From a virus: DNA of 64,000 nt. The DNA lies in the IMG/VR virus record IMGVR_UViG_3300047494_000107, positions 46,534 to 110,533 of that record; one strand, 5' to 3'. How positions within the stretch are numbered: position 1 is the first letter of the stretch; each line of letters opens with the position of its first letter. The notes beneath the pieces are model-generated. The model did not search any database. It was not told where the DNA came from and saw only the letters and a list, made by a program, of their open reading frames with translations. Position numbers and translations under genes: made by a program. Below, in pieces: positions 37,513 to 46,491 of this stretch.

Positions 37513-38292
37513 TTACGCAGCCTCCCGTCGAAGCGCCGCGACGACGTCTTTCGGCTTCGTCCCTTCTATCCACGCAATGAGCACCGGCAACTCAGCCACA
37601 GAGAAGCGATCACGCAGACAGGCGGCGTATTGCTGCGCTTCGGTCAATGCGATCATCCGATCTGTCTGCCGGTTCGCCTTGTGGGCTTCGATCTTAGCCT
37701 GCTCGTCACGGATACGCTGAAGCTGCAACGCAGGATCAGGGGCAGCCGCCGCACGCAACAACGCCGATCGATTGTCGTCCAGGCCAGCCCCGCGCGCCGC
37801 AGCTTTTGCCTCGGCAGACAGCCCGTCGACCTTCGTAGCTCGATGAGCGTCGTTCTTACTCACGCCTATCTCACGAGCTGCTCGACGAACGCCACTCTCT
37901 GGCCGACCAACAGGTAATTTCGTCCCAACTTGGGACGAAACCCTATCCGCCAGCCTGATCCACTCGGCTATATGCTCGTCCCGCTCAAGCGCCGTCAGAT
38001 CAGCACGGTGAAGGTTCTCAGCGACTTCCCACATACGTGCTGTCGTCTCATCCTCAAAGAACACGCAATCAATCAAAGGCCAGTCTAAACGCTTTGCCGC
38101 CTCTAGACGGTGAAGCCCGGCTACGAGAAACGGGTTATCGTCTGTGTCATTCGCGTACCGTACGGCGATCGGCGACTGAAGGCCGAGGCTGCTCATGCTC
38201 TCCATCAGACGCAACACCGTCGTCTCGTCGAGGCGCGAACGCAGCCGATCACCAACGATGATCTCCTCTGGAGTGAGACGGTCTCGACGCAT
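37513..38292 (-). CDS. ParB/Srx N-terminal domain protein
   Basis: GLQSPIAV, LVAGLHRLEA, ENLHRADLT, HTH-like GVRRAAREIGVS. Confidence 0.85.
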   Translation of the reverse strand: MRRDRLTPEEIIVGDRLRSRLDETTVLRLMESMSSLGLQSPIAVRYANDTDDNPFLVAGLHRLEAAKRLDWPLIDCVFFEDETTARMWEVAENLHRADLTALERDEHIAEWIRLADRVSSQVGTKLPVGRPESGVRRAAREIGVSKNDAHRATKVDGLSAEAKAAARGAGLDDNRSALLRAAAAPDPALQLQRIRDEQAKIEAHKANRQTDRMIALTEAQQYAACLRDRFSVAELPVLIAWIEGTKPKDVVAALRREAA

Positions 38293-39170
38293 CAGAGAAC
38301 GTCGGGCAGCGACGTGGCCGACTTCCAAGTCAAGTCCATACGGACGCGATTCGACACCCACGTATTCCAGGCAATGGTGATTGCGGCCGCTATCTTCACG
38401 GCGCCATCTCGCGTGTTCTTCACCCTACGCAAATCGCCTCGCAGCGTCTCGCGCAGCTTGAGAAGCGGACTCGTCTTGTTCAGGTTCGCACCCGAGACAA
38501 CCTTGTCCCAGAACTCTACCACCTTATCCTGATGTTTCGTGTTCTCACTTATCCAAACATACGCGAGCGCAAGCGACGTAGGCGAACCAAGGACGCGCCC
38601 TCTTTTTGCAACCAGTAGCGCGTCCCGAGTTGTAGGAGTGTTCATCTTCTTGGCTTGCGCGAGGATAGTCTGGGAGTCCATCGGCTCCCGGTAATCCTGC
38701 AGATACAGTGCCGTCGCAGCAAGTGAAGCGCGAGTTCTGGCGTTGTCCATGCCGTCAATCGCAACGAGATCGGCGCCTCCGCGCTTCGTGCCGCAGTCAA
38801 GTATCTCAAACTCGTCGTCTTCGGTGCCGAACCACACGGTGAACGGGAGCGTCGTGTCAGCCGCCACAAGTGCCATCAGACGGTGCTGGCCATCAGTTAA
38901 GACACCAGACTTCGCGAACGCGATGGCTTCCGTCGACAGGCGCCAGCGACCCTTGACCATGATCTTGCGAAAACGCTCAACAGCCCTAGCGGTGACAGGC
39001 CGGTTTTTGGTATTCCGCTCCAGCATCGTCATCGCGATGGCGGGAGTGATGTCGATGATCTCGACAAACCGCTCAACACGACCGCGCGTGAACTGACGTG
39101 TCAGCCACTGGTCGGCATTGATCGGAGACTTGACGCTCACGGATTTCCCGAGAGCCAGAGGCTTAGTCAT
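38292..39170 (-). CDS. ParB-superfamily DGQHR-motif protein
   Basis: ITPAIA...NTKNRP...GRW...LTDGQHRLMA...LDCGTKR. Confidence 0.75.
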   Translation of the reverse strand: MTKPLALGKSVSVKSPINADQWLTRQFTRGRVERFVEIIDITPAIAMTMLERNTKNRPVTARAVERFRKIMVKGRWRLSTEAIAFAKSGVLTDGQHRLMALVAADTTLPFTVWFGTEDDEFEILDCGTKRGGADLVAIDGMDNARTRASLAATALYLQDYREPMDSQTILAQAKKMNTPTTRDALLVAKRGRVLGSPTSLALAYVWISENTKHQDKVVEFWDKVVSGANLNKTSPLLKLRETLRGDLRRVKNTRDGAVKIAAAITIAWNTWVSNRVRMDLTWKSATSLPDVL

Positions 39171-39363
39171 GCTTTCACCTTTCCCGTACTCGCCAACGCT
39201 TCAGCGCGGCACTCGTCCAAGACCGCCGCCAGCTGCTTGCGCCACATAACGCCGACCGTGCCTGCCGGCTCGTAGTCGTAAATGAACGTCGACAAAGACG
39301 TTGGATGCGGCGTTTCGGACGCTTCCTCGCATTGCCCCCAGGTCGGAAGCACGACAGGCTTTT

Positions 39364-40062
39364 TCACGGCTCAGGGACTTCAAGACTGTCAGGCGACGGC
39401 TCCAGACCGTCAATGACGGTTAGTGGGTCGACATGCCGCAAAAGACCGGTAATGACCTTCGCTTTGCCGTCTTCACCCGCGCAAGAAAGCGAGGAGTCGT
39501 ACACGCCTTGTATGAGTCGGGCGATGACCTTCCCCAGATCTTCGGGGCTGATGTCATAGCCTCGCTTGAGGAACTTCTGCACGCGAAGAATGCTGCCGCC
39601 CGCGTCCTCGTTCCGCTTCGGTTGCGTGTAGACGAGGCGCTTAGCGGCGAGATCCTGGTAGAACTCCGCTGCGATCGCCGACTTCCACGCGCCATCCTCC
39701 CACCACACGCACGCCATGGCGACAGTGAAGTCAAAGCTCTCCAGCAGTTCTTGCGGTGTGCTGTAGACCCACCGATGAATGAACTGGACCGGCACGCGCC
39801 CCGGCGTCAGCACCGTGTAGGCGTTCCGAGTCCTGAACGTCTTGGTGCCTTCACCACGTGTCCCCCTCAACTCGGTCGCCAACTCCTGGGCCTTGACCGG
39901 ATCATCGGTGAACAAGTCGATGTCGTTTTGAACTTCGCCGGTTATACTGGAACGGATATAGCCCCCGCCCAGAATAGCGCCGCTCTTGCGCATCAACTCA
40001 AAGACGTCGCGGGGCATATGGCCGATCAAACGGCGCATATCCTGATAGTTCAACTCTTGCAT
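39364..40062 (-). CDS. Nucleotidyltransferase (CCA/poly(A) polymerase head-like)
   Basis: LGGGYIRS...NDIDLF and ESFDFTV motifs; RVQKFLKRGY. Confidence 0.75.
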   Translation of the reverse strand: MQELNYQDMRRLIGHMPRDVFELMRKSGAILGGGYIRSSITGEVQNDIDLFTDDPVKAQELATELRGTRGEGTKTFRTRNAYTVLTPGRVPVQFIHRWVYSTPQELLESFDFTVAMACVWWEDGAWKSAIAAEFYQDLAAKRLVYTQPKRNEDAGGSILRVQKFLKRGYDISPEDLGKVIARLIQGVYDSSLSCAGEDGKAKVITGLLRHVDPLTVIDGLEPSPDSLEVPEP

Positions 40063-40070
40063 GGAATTTC

Positions 40071-40571
40071 CTACGTTGGGACAGGCACGCCGCTCTCGCG
40101 GCACCACAGCAGCACGGCCATCAACAAGGCGTCAGCTACGTTATGGTCTTTGACACGGCTGAACGACGCCACGCTTCCAGGGAACAACCGCGCGCAGACC
40201 TGACGCGACATCTCCTTGCCTGGCTGCATTTTGAACGCCTTGCGCCACGTAACCGGCGCGATCCGCTTCACACTCATCCGGCGCCCCAGCATGATGCCTT
40301 CGAGCAGCCCCGCCGCATTCGCGAACCGCGCCGCCGACGCCACGCCTTCACCTGGACGCGACGATACGATCTCGACGGCGCCGACGGTCGGACCATACTT
40401 GTCCAGGTTCGCCATGATCGTCGCCACGTCAGGGTCGCTCCGCTTCTTGCCGTCCCCACGTGTCCGAGAGACGCCTAGATCTGTATCAAGAAAAGGTGCG
40501 TAGTCCGGACCCGCATAGATCGCCATGCTCGGACTGACGCCCGGATCAAAGGCGCAGACGACCAGAGGCAT
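40071..40571 (-). CDS. RuvC-like Holliday junction resolvase
   Basis: AFDPG, AVE.V..RPGEGVAS, P..WRK, KDHNVADALLMA. Confidence 0.85.
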   Translation of the reverse strand: MPLVVCAFDPGVSPSMAIYAGPDYAPFLDTDLGVSRTRGDGKKRSDPDVATIMANLDKYGPTVGAVEIVSSRPGEGVASAARFANAAGLLEGIMLGRRMSVKRIAPVTWRKAFKMQPGKEMSRQVCARLFPGSVASFSRVKDHNVADALLMAVLLWCRESGVPVPT

Positions 40572-40963
40572 CAGAAGCCAAGTGCGCGCCTGTACACGTC
40601 GAGCAGGGTGTCCTGCTCCTCCAACTTAGCCTGGTCCATCGCCCGCAGCTTGATGATCTGGCGGATAGTTGCGACATCAAACCCAGCCGACTGAGCTTCT
40701 TGGCCGATCTCCTTGATGTCCTCGGACAGCGCCTTCTGCTCTTCTTTCAGCCGCTCGATCCGCTCGACGATGCTCCGAAGCCGTCGCGCCGCATCCGCTT
40801 CGGAAATATCGGCCGCCTTCGTTTTCTTTTTACCCTTCTTCGTCTCACCGGAGTTATGGCCGATGCCAGCAATCTGATCCTCAACCGCGGCAATCTCATC
40901 CGCATTGATGACGTAGGCGGTAGGAGGAGCCGGCGGCGACAGCGTTGTCGACATCTGTGTCAA
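40571..40963 (-). CDS. gapR: GapR (DUF2312) nucleoid-associated protein homologue
   Basis: LRSIVERIERLKEEQKALSEDIKEI..EA.SAGFDV..IRQIIKLR...LLDVYRRALG. Confidence 0.9.
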   Translation of the reverse strand: MTQMSTTLSPPAPPTAYVINADEIAAVEDQIAGIGHNSGETKKGKKKTKAADISEADAARRLRSIVERIERLKEEQKALSEDIKEIGQEAQSAGFDVATIRQIIKLRAMDQAKLEEQDTLLDVYRRALGF

Positions 40964-41199
40964 TTCCCTGTCTTTTGTTGCGCGACGAACCGCTTCTTCG
41001 CCTCGTCGAAATCAGCCGGGGTCACCACGCCGCCCGTCAATTCCTGGATGCGCGCGGCATGCTTGGCGGTCGGTATCCGCCGACCCGTCGACCAATGATT
41101 CACACACGCCACGGTCACGCCGCATTCACCTGCGAGCCATGTTCGGGAGCGCCCTGTCTCAGCGAACCAATCCATCAAGTTCATCGCGGCCCTTGCCAT
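40960..41199 (-). CDS. Cro-like HTH protein
   Basis: LAGECGVTVACVNHWSTGRRIP...IQELTGGVVTPADF. Confidence 0.85.
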   Translation of the reverse strand: MARAAMNLMDWFAETGRSRTWLAGECGVTVACVNHWSTGRRIPTAKHAARIQELTGGVVTPADFDEAKKRFVAQQKTGN

Positions 41200-41208
41200 A
41201 CCCTGAGC

Positions 41209-41243
41209 CTTGATACATAAATGTCTTGATACACCGCGTCAAC
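41209..41243 (-). promoter_or_regulatory. Promoter of the cro/replication arm with two tandem TGTATCAAG boxes
   Basis: Minus strand TTGACG-17-TATGTA; boxes at 41209-41217 and 41225-41233. Confidence 0.65.
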
Positions 41244-41397
41244 CAGGAACATCGCCGCTTGGCTTCTGCTGTATCAAAACCTCCTGATCCGCCGCCAAAC
41301 TTCGTCAACACACTGATATTGCAGGTCGATCGACGAGCACCCTGGTCAGCCCCGCCACCAACATGCTAGGCCGAGCCATCTTGACACAGAGGCATAT

Positions 41398-41592
41398 GTG
41401 AACACCGAATACGAAGACCTTGAAGGGACCTGTATCGTGGCGACCACTCGGGCGCTGCGAATCGCCTTCGACGGCGTAGCCGATCCAGTCTGGGCGCCGC
41501 GGTCAGTAGTCGAGGACGGCGAGGACAAGGTGAAGAGTGACGAAGACTTTCGAGTCGCGCGCTGGTTCGCCCTCCAGGAAGGTCTCATATGA
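41398..41592 (+). CDS. Small phage protein
   Basis: TTRALRI...VWAPRS...VARWFALQEGLI pattern, recalled from small genes near phage primases. Confidence 0.6.
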   Translation: MNTEYEDLEGTCIVATTRALRIAFDGVADPVWAPRSVVEDGEDKVKSDEDFRVARWFALQEGLI

Positions 41593-41728
41593 GCGACGTG
41601 CCGCTTCACAAGACGGAAACCGTTTTTGACCGCGACTACGTCGTCGGGTACCGGCTGCGGGTCGAAAGCGGCTGGATCTACGTGTTTCGCGAACCCGAAG
41701 CTACTGTCTTCGTCCCTGACAAGCCGCC

Positions 41729-42085
41729 ATGCGCCACGTCACCGACGACTTCATAGAGGTGCTCCGGTACGCGCCGAAAAGCGACGAGGGCCTGCTCGTC
41801 TGCCGAGCCTTGCACCTCGCTCGCGCCGAAGGGTGGGTCAAGCCTCCCAAGTGCTTCGGCTACTTTGAGTTGTTCGTCGACTCACGAGCACTGGCGCTCT
41901 TGATACGGCCTGATGAAGCTATGGGGTATTCCGCCGTGACTCATTTTGACCTTGGCTACTCCAGCTCGGCCGTCCGTCTCGTGCTGCCAGACGGTGAAAC
42001 CACCTATGTGACCGTCGACGCCCCCACAGAGCCATTGGCGCTCGCGCTCGCCTTTCTACTCGCTCATTCTGCCCTGCGCGCGTAA
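41729..42085 (+). CDS. Hypothetical protein
   Basis: 118 aa directly upstream of primase. Confidence 0.5.
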   Translation: MRHVTDDFIEVLRYAPKSDEGLLVCRALHLARAEGWVKPPKCFGYFELFVDSRALALLIRPDEAMGYSAVTHFDLGYSSSAVRLVLPDGETTYVTVDAPTEPLALALAFLLAHSALRA

Positions 42086-42097
42086 CGCCGCCCCGAC

Positions 42098-44431
42098 GTG
42101 TCATCCGCAGTGGATGGGCGCGTGGATGCGCTGCAGCCCGACCCGGCCGCCATCAACCAATGGATGGCCACCTGGTTCGCCAAGTGCGATGCAGGGAACA
42201 TCGAACTCGCATGGTCCGACCCTCAGACCGGGAAGGTCAACCGCGCTCGGCAGTTCGCGCTCGGCAACCCTGAGATCGGCGAGATCGCCGCTCAACTGAA
42301 CCGCACGCCGAACGTCAATGTCTACTACATGGCGGCGACGACCAGGAGCGCCGACAACCGTCGTTCCTGCGACGACGATGTTGTCCAATCTCCGGGGTTC
42401 TGGATCGACCAGGACTCCGAAGAGCACGTCAGGGCCACCGACAACATCCTGCCCATGCTCCGTCCCCAGTGGTGGATCGTCACGGGCCGGACGCCCTACC
42501 TTCGCCGCCACGGCTACTTCCTGACCGACGAGGTGATCCGCGAAGAGTCGGTCATCCGCAATTTCAACGACCGTCTCATCAGCCTCTACCGCTGCGACAA
42601 GACCACGGTGAACCCGAGCCGCCTGCTTCGATGCCCCTACACTATCGCATGGCCGTCGAAACGCGGCGCACCGATCCCCGGCCGAATCCCCGAGCTGACG
42701 TACTTCACTCGGGAGGATCTATGCGCCCCGGACCACTACACCAGGGCCCACCTCGACCTGAACCTGCCGCGGATCGCTGAAGCCCCGGAACGGAAGCCGT
42801 TACCGGCCCAGCCCTCCAGCCCCGTCATCTTGCCCGACGGCGAGCGTGTCGAGACGTTCGACGAACTGTTCGCCAAGCTGCAGACGTCGGCATTCGGCCG
42901 ACATGACACGCTGAATCGTCTCATCGCCTCCATGATGACGCGCGGCATGCCCGACAGCGCCATCATCGACCTGTTGGCACAGCCGAAGTTCAACGTGCCC
43001 GACCATGCCGGCCGGGCGATGGGCGATGCCGAGTGGCACGAAGAAGTCTCCAGCCGAGTCAAGCGCGATCGCGCCAGTGGCAAGTTCGGGGCGCCTGACC
43101 CCGACCCGCCAGCCACCACGGCGTACGATCATGTCCGGCAGAATTTCCAGCCGATCACTCAAGACACTGACCCGACCGCTGAGCCCCGCACGTACGGGAC
43201 GCTCAGCCTCAGTCAAATGGTCATCAAGCACGGGCCGCCGCCCGAGTGGCTGATCCATGGCGTCATCCCTCGCCGCGATGTCACGCTGCTGTCGGGGCTT
43301 CCTGGCGCCGGCAAGTCCCCGATCGCACAGATGTGGGTCGCCCATCTCATCACAGGACAACCATGGGACGAGCGGCCATCTGTCCCATGCAACGTGTGCT
43401 ATGTCGCGCGAGAGAGCGAAGGCCAGACCGCTCGCAACATTCACTCCATGGTGCGGGAAATTCTTGAAGCCCGCGAGGGGCTTCCGAGAGATTCCATAAC
43501 GGAACCGCTCCTCGACCACATGCTGTCTGGCAATTTTATATCAATCACCAGCCGTGCATGGAACGATGAGGCCAACCCGCCGTTCTTCATTGAGACGGAA
43601 ATGGACATCCTCATTGCCACGCTCGAAAAAGAGTGCCGCCCAGGCGGTCAGTTCGCTGGCGGCGAGCCCGACCTCACGGTCATCGACACACTGCGCGCCG
43701 CGTCCGTCGGCTCGCTCAGCGACGACAAGGACATGAGCGTCGTGCAGCGTGAGATCGCCCGGCTGAAGGCGCGATTCCCGAACATGGCCGTACTCCTGCT
43801 CACCCACGCGGCGAAAGCCCAACCCGGCGGCGTGTCCGGCACCAACCGCATTGACGGTTTCTCGGACAATATCTTCAGCGTCATCCTGACCACCCGGGAT
43901 GCTGACATCGACGATGACGACGCGGTCAAGCGGCCGAAGAACTACGGCCCTGACAGCGAGGGGTATGTCTACCGAGCGATGAAGCTCCTGCACCTGCGGT
44001 ACAAGAACTGGCAGACCCTTCGTAATACGCGCATAACCGCGCGCATCAAGGAATCGCACCTGTCTCTGCTGGTCGGGGAGCAAGGGTCGAGGATGCTCGA
44101 AACAGCTACGAACGGAAAATTTACTTCTGTGGTTGAGCCCGAAGCCTTCGCGGCATCATCTCAGCAAAACGTGAACATACTCACAATAAATGACGAGGCC
44201 AACATCACGCTTCTTCTGCTAGTGTCGACGACGCATAAGGGCGGAGTGACGACGCAGTTTGTCGCAGACGCTCTCAAGACTATGAAACTACGCGCTGACA
44301 TTCAGCGGGTGCTTCGTATCGGCCACGACGACTGTTTGGGGGCTGTAAAGCGTCGGCTGTTCGTCATGAGCGCCACAGGCCAACTGACACACTCCGTACA
44401 CAACGGAGAAAACATATGGCGATATCCGTAG
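42098..44431 (+). CDS. Primase-helicase (RepB-like primase, AAA/RepA helicase, C-terminal winged helix)
   Basis: NVYY, FWIDQD, RHGYF, NPSRLLRCP; WLIHGVIP, GLPGAGKS (Walker A), TVIDT (Walker B), LLTHAAK. Confidence 0.88.
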   Translation: MSSAVDGRVDALQPDPAAINQWMATWFAKCDAGNIELAWSDPQTGKVNRARQFALGNPEIGEIAAQLNRTPNVNVYYMAATTRSADNRRSCDDDVVQSPGFWIDQDSEEHVRATDNILPMLRPQWWIVTGRTPYLRRHGYFLTDEVIREESVIRNFNDRLISLYRCDKTTVNPSRLLRCPYTIAWPSKRGAPIPGRIPELTYFTREDLCAPDHYTRAHLDLNLPRIAEAPERKPLPAQPSSPVILPDGERVETFDELFAKLQTSAFGRHDTLNRLIASMMTRGMPDSAIIDLLAQPKFNVPDHAGRAMGDAEWHEEVSSRVKRDRASGKFGAPDPDPPATTAYDHVRQNFQPITQDTDPTAEPRTYGTLSLSQMVIKHGPPPEWLIHGVIPRRDVTLLSGLPGAGKSPIAQMWVAHLITGQPWDERPSVPCNVCYVARESEGQTARNIHSMVREILEAREGLPRDSITEPLLDHMLSGNFISITSRAWNDEANPPFFIETEMDILIATLEKECRPGGQFAGGEPDLTVIDTLRAASVGSLSDDKDMSVVQREIARLKARFPNMAVLLLTHAAKAQPGGVSGTNRIDGFSDNIFSVILTTRDADIDDDDAVKRPKNYGPDSEGYVYRAMKLLHLRYKNWQTLRNTRITARIKESHLSLLVGEQGSRMLETATNGKFTSVVEPEAFAASSQQNVNILTINDEANITLLLLVSTTHKGGVTTQFVADALKTMKLRADIQRVLRIGHDDCLGAVKRRLFVMSATGQLTHSVHNGENIWRYP

Positions 44432-44620
44432 GTTAGAGTTTCACTACGGCGATAGACAGTTACGATACAGAACGTCACACGCGCGAAAAGCTGCCGAAAT
44501 CGGCCGGTTAAACGTGTTTGTGAGAGCACGACCGTATGCCCGCGCTCGACAAAACTGAATCTATCTGTATCTTTCGTGCGGCAGATGTAAGAATGTGCGA
44601 ACGTACGCAAAGGGGATTTC

Positions 44621-45070
44621 GTGTTGGCGGCTTACAGCGTAAAAGACCAAGCCCTTGATATCATTGTGCATATCCTCCTGAAGAAGCCGGAAGGCATGCG
44701 GATGAAGGAGCTGCTCAGCGAGATCGACGGCCACGCGATGACCGCGCCAATGCGAAAGACGTTCGGCGTGAACCCTCTCCAGCAGCGCACCTATACGGGG
44801 CGGCTCCTGAAAGCGGCGCGGGTCAAAGGTCTCGTCAACAAGACGGGCAAAATCCAGGATTCGACGTGGATAGCCGTATGGGGCGACATGATTCCGGACA
44901 ATCAGCGCTTCAAGATAGAGAACGGCGAGATCGTGGAGAGCGAACTCGCCGCAATGGACACGCTTAGGAATGTGGTCAGTATCGCCATGGGCCGGAAGCC
45001 AAAGCCAGCCACTGCACCCAAGCGGGCGGGGCAAAAGCCACGGCCTGGAAAACCACCGCGCAGGAGTTAG
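44621..45070 (+). CDS. Putative winged-helix DNA-binding protein
   Basis: LLKKPEGMRMKELL...LLKAARVKGLVNKTG...W. Confidence 0.55.
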   Translation: MLAAYSVKDQALDIIVHILLKKPEGMRMKELLSEIDGHAMTAPMRKTFGVNPLQQRTYTGRLLKAARVKGLVNKTGKIQDSTWIAVWGDMIPDNQRFKIENGEIVESELAAMDTLRNVVSIAMGRKPKPATAPKRAGQKPRPGKPPRRS

Positions 45071-45273
45071 GCGACCGATCGCGGAGCAAATTCTTCTGCG
45101 CGCGAAACGCGCTTCTGAGCCCAGCGGCCTATCAAAAGGGCGAGTTCTTCTGGCGTATTCGCGATGTACTGTTGAACCACGAACGAGCCATCTTCTTCGA
45201 TCGTGTCACCCGTGATGACCCAGCCATTTGCGGCATTCACGACAGTCAGTTCGGCGTAGCTGGCATTTATCAC
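45067..45273 (-). CDS. Hypothetical protein
   Basis: 68 aa with AANGWVI motif. Confidence 0.5.
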   Translation of the reverse strand: MINASYAELTVVNAANGWVITGDTIEEDGSFVVQQYIANTPEELALLIGRWAQKRVSRAEEFAPRSVA

Positions 45274-45492
45274 TTCTCTGCCCCTGTCCTGATTTTAGCC
45301 CGTTGTGGGCTGACTTGTTAGTTTAACATACGCTCAACCGACGACACCGCAACAAGATAAATACGTATACTTCATAGCGTATAGAAAACGTAAAAGCCCA
45401 TTTGCGATACGTTCTATTGCACAGCACAAGTGGTATATCGTATACGAGTTCACATGCCCGACTTTTTAAGTGCTGCCGTAAAACGCTTGACG

Positions 45493-46089
45493 CTAGTCGT
45501 CAAGGTGCAGCGGCGCCCATGGGTCCGGAGTCTTCACGTCATCCCGATCGGCCAGTAATTCGGCGAGTTCACGCTGGACCTGAGCCAACTCGGTCGCCAG
45601 CTTGATCTCAAGGTCTGTACGCGGACACGCAGTCGGAGGCTCGCCTGTCAAGCCGTTCCTCGACCACAATTTTGTGATGTTGTGAGTTCGGGCATCGGCA
45701 CCATCGGCGTTAATCTGACGGTAGACGTGCTCCAGATACCAGAGGATGTCGCCACACTCGGACAGGACCGAATCGCGGTCGAGCGCAACCTCGCCCGCCA
45801 GCGCCTTGTGCAGGATCTCCGCCAGTTCACCGGCCTCGGAGATCACACCGATGACGCCTCTGGTAATGTCCAGAAGGTCTTCGCGCAGTTGTACCGACGT
45901 CATGTGGTTCGTGCGGTGGCTGTCAAGGGGCTCACCGCGGAATAGGGCACGCTCTATCCGGTCGGCCCTGGCGGCGATCGTCGTGGCCTGAGTGAGGAAG
46001 GTATCCATCTCCCAGGAGAAGACCTTGTCGGTGTGGAACCCTCCCACGACGGTCTGCTGCACGGCTTCGGCGTAGGTGCGTTCATCCAT
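45493..46089 (-). CDS. MazG-like NTP pyrophosphohydrolase
   Basis: GVISEAGELAE...SECGDILWY...NITKL. Confidence 0.85.
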   Translation of the reverse strand: MDERTYAEAVQQTVVGGFHTDKVFSWEMDTFLTQATTIAARADRIERALFRGEPLDSHRTNHMTSVQLREDLLDITRGVIGVISEAGELAEILHKALAGEVALDRDSVLSECGDILWYLEHVYRQINADGADARTHNITKLWSRNGLTGEPPTACPRTDLEIKLATELAQVQRELAELLADRDDVKTPDPWAPLHLDD

Positions 46090-46111
46090 GAATTAAGTCC
46101 TTGGTGTAGTG

Positions 46112-46312
46112 TTAATATCCAGTCTTAACACAGTGGGTATCAGACGGAATACGGCCGTCAGCTAAGTGCTCCTGGAAATGCGCTTGGGCCTTATTGCACA
46201 GTGTCTCTGTGGCAAATGGTATCGTAAAACTGGTGACAGCCGGATGTTCGTAGTTCGAGTCACTTGGCATGTTCGTCCATAGCACGACCACGAGAACCCA
46301 CGCCGGCAACAT
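46112..46312 (-). CDS. Small membrane or exported protein
   Basis: MLPAWVLVVVLW; FATETLC...HCVK; TGATG overlap. Confidence 0.55.
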   Translation of the reverse strand: MLPAWVLVVVLWTNMPSDSNYEHPAVTSFTIPFATETLCNKAQAHFQEHLADGRIPSDTHCVKTGY

Positions 46313-46491
46313 CACATGTAGTCCCGGCCGAACCACGCCAAGGCCACCAGCCCGGCAATGGCGATCACCGCCAAAGTAAGCGTCCTGACAGGATGCTGCT
46401 CCCAGTCATCGCCGGCCTGCCACAGCCTGACGAGCCAACTCTCGGGCTTCACGGCGTAGGTCTCTGACGGCGTCGCGTTCTCGCTGTCCAT
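46312..46491 (-). CDS. 59-aa membrane protein starting MDSENATPSET (absent from the ORF track)
   Basis: Hand translation; TGATG overlaps at both ends; C-terminal transmembrane helix. Confidence 0.65.
   Translation of the reverse strand: MDSENATPSETYAVKPESWLVRLWQAGDDWEQHPVRTLTLAVIAIAGLVALAWFGRDYM

Noticed and set aside
41209-41278. FNR/FixK or IHF sites as the explanation of the 9-bp box
   Set aside because: The copies inspected lack the TTGAT-N4-ATCAA dyad and the WATCAA-N4-TTR tail
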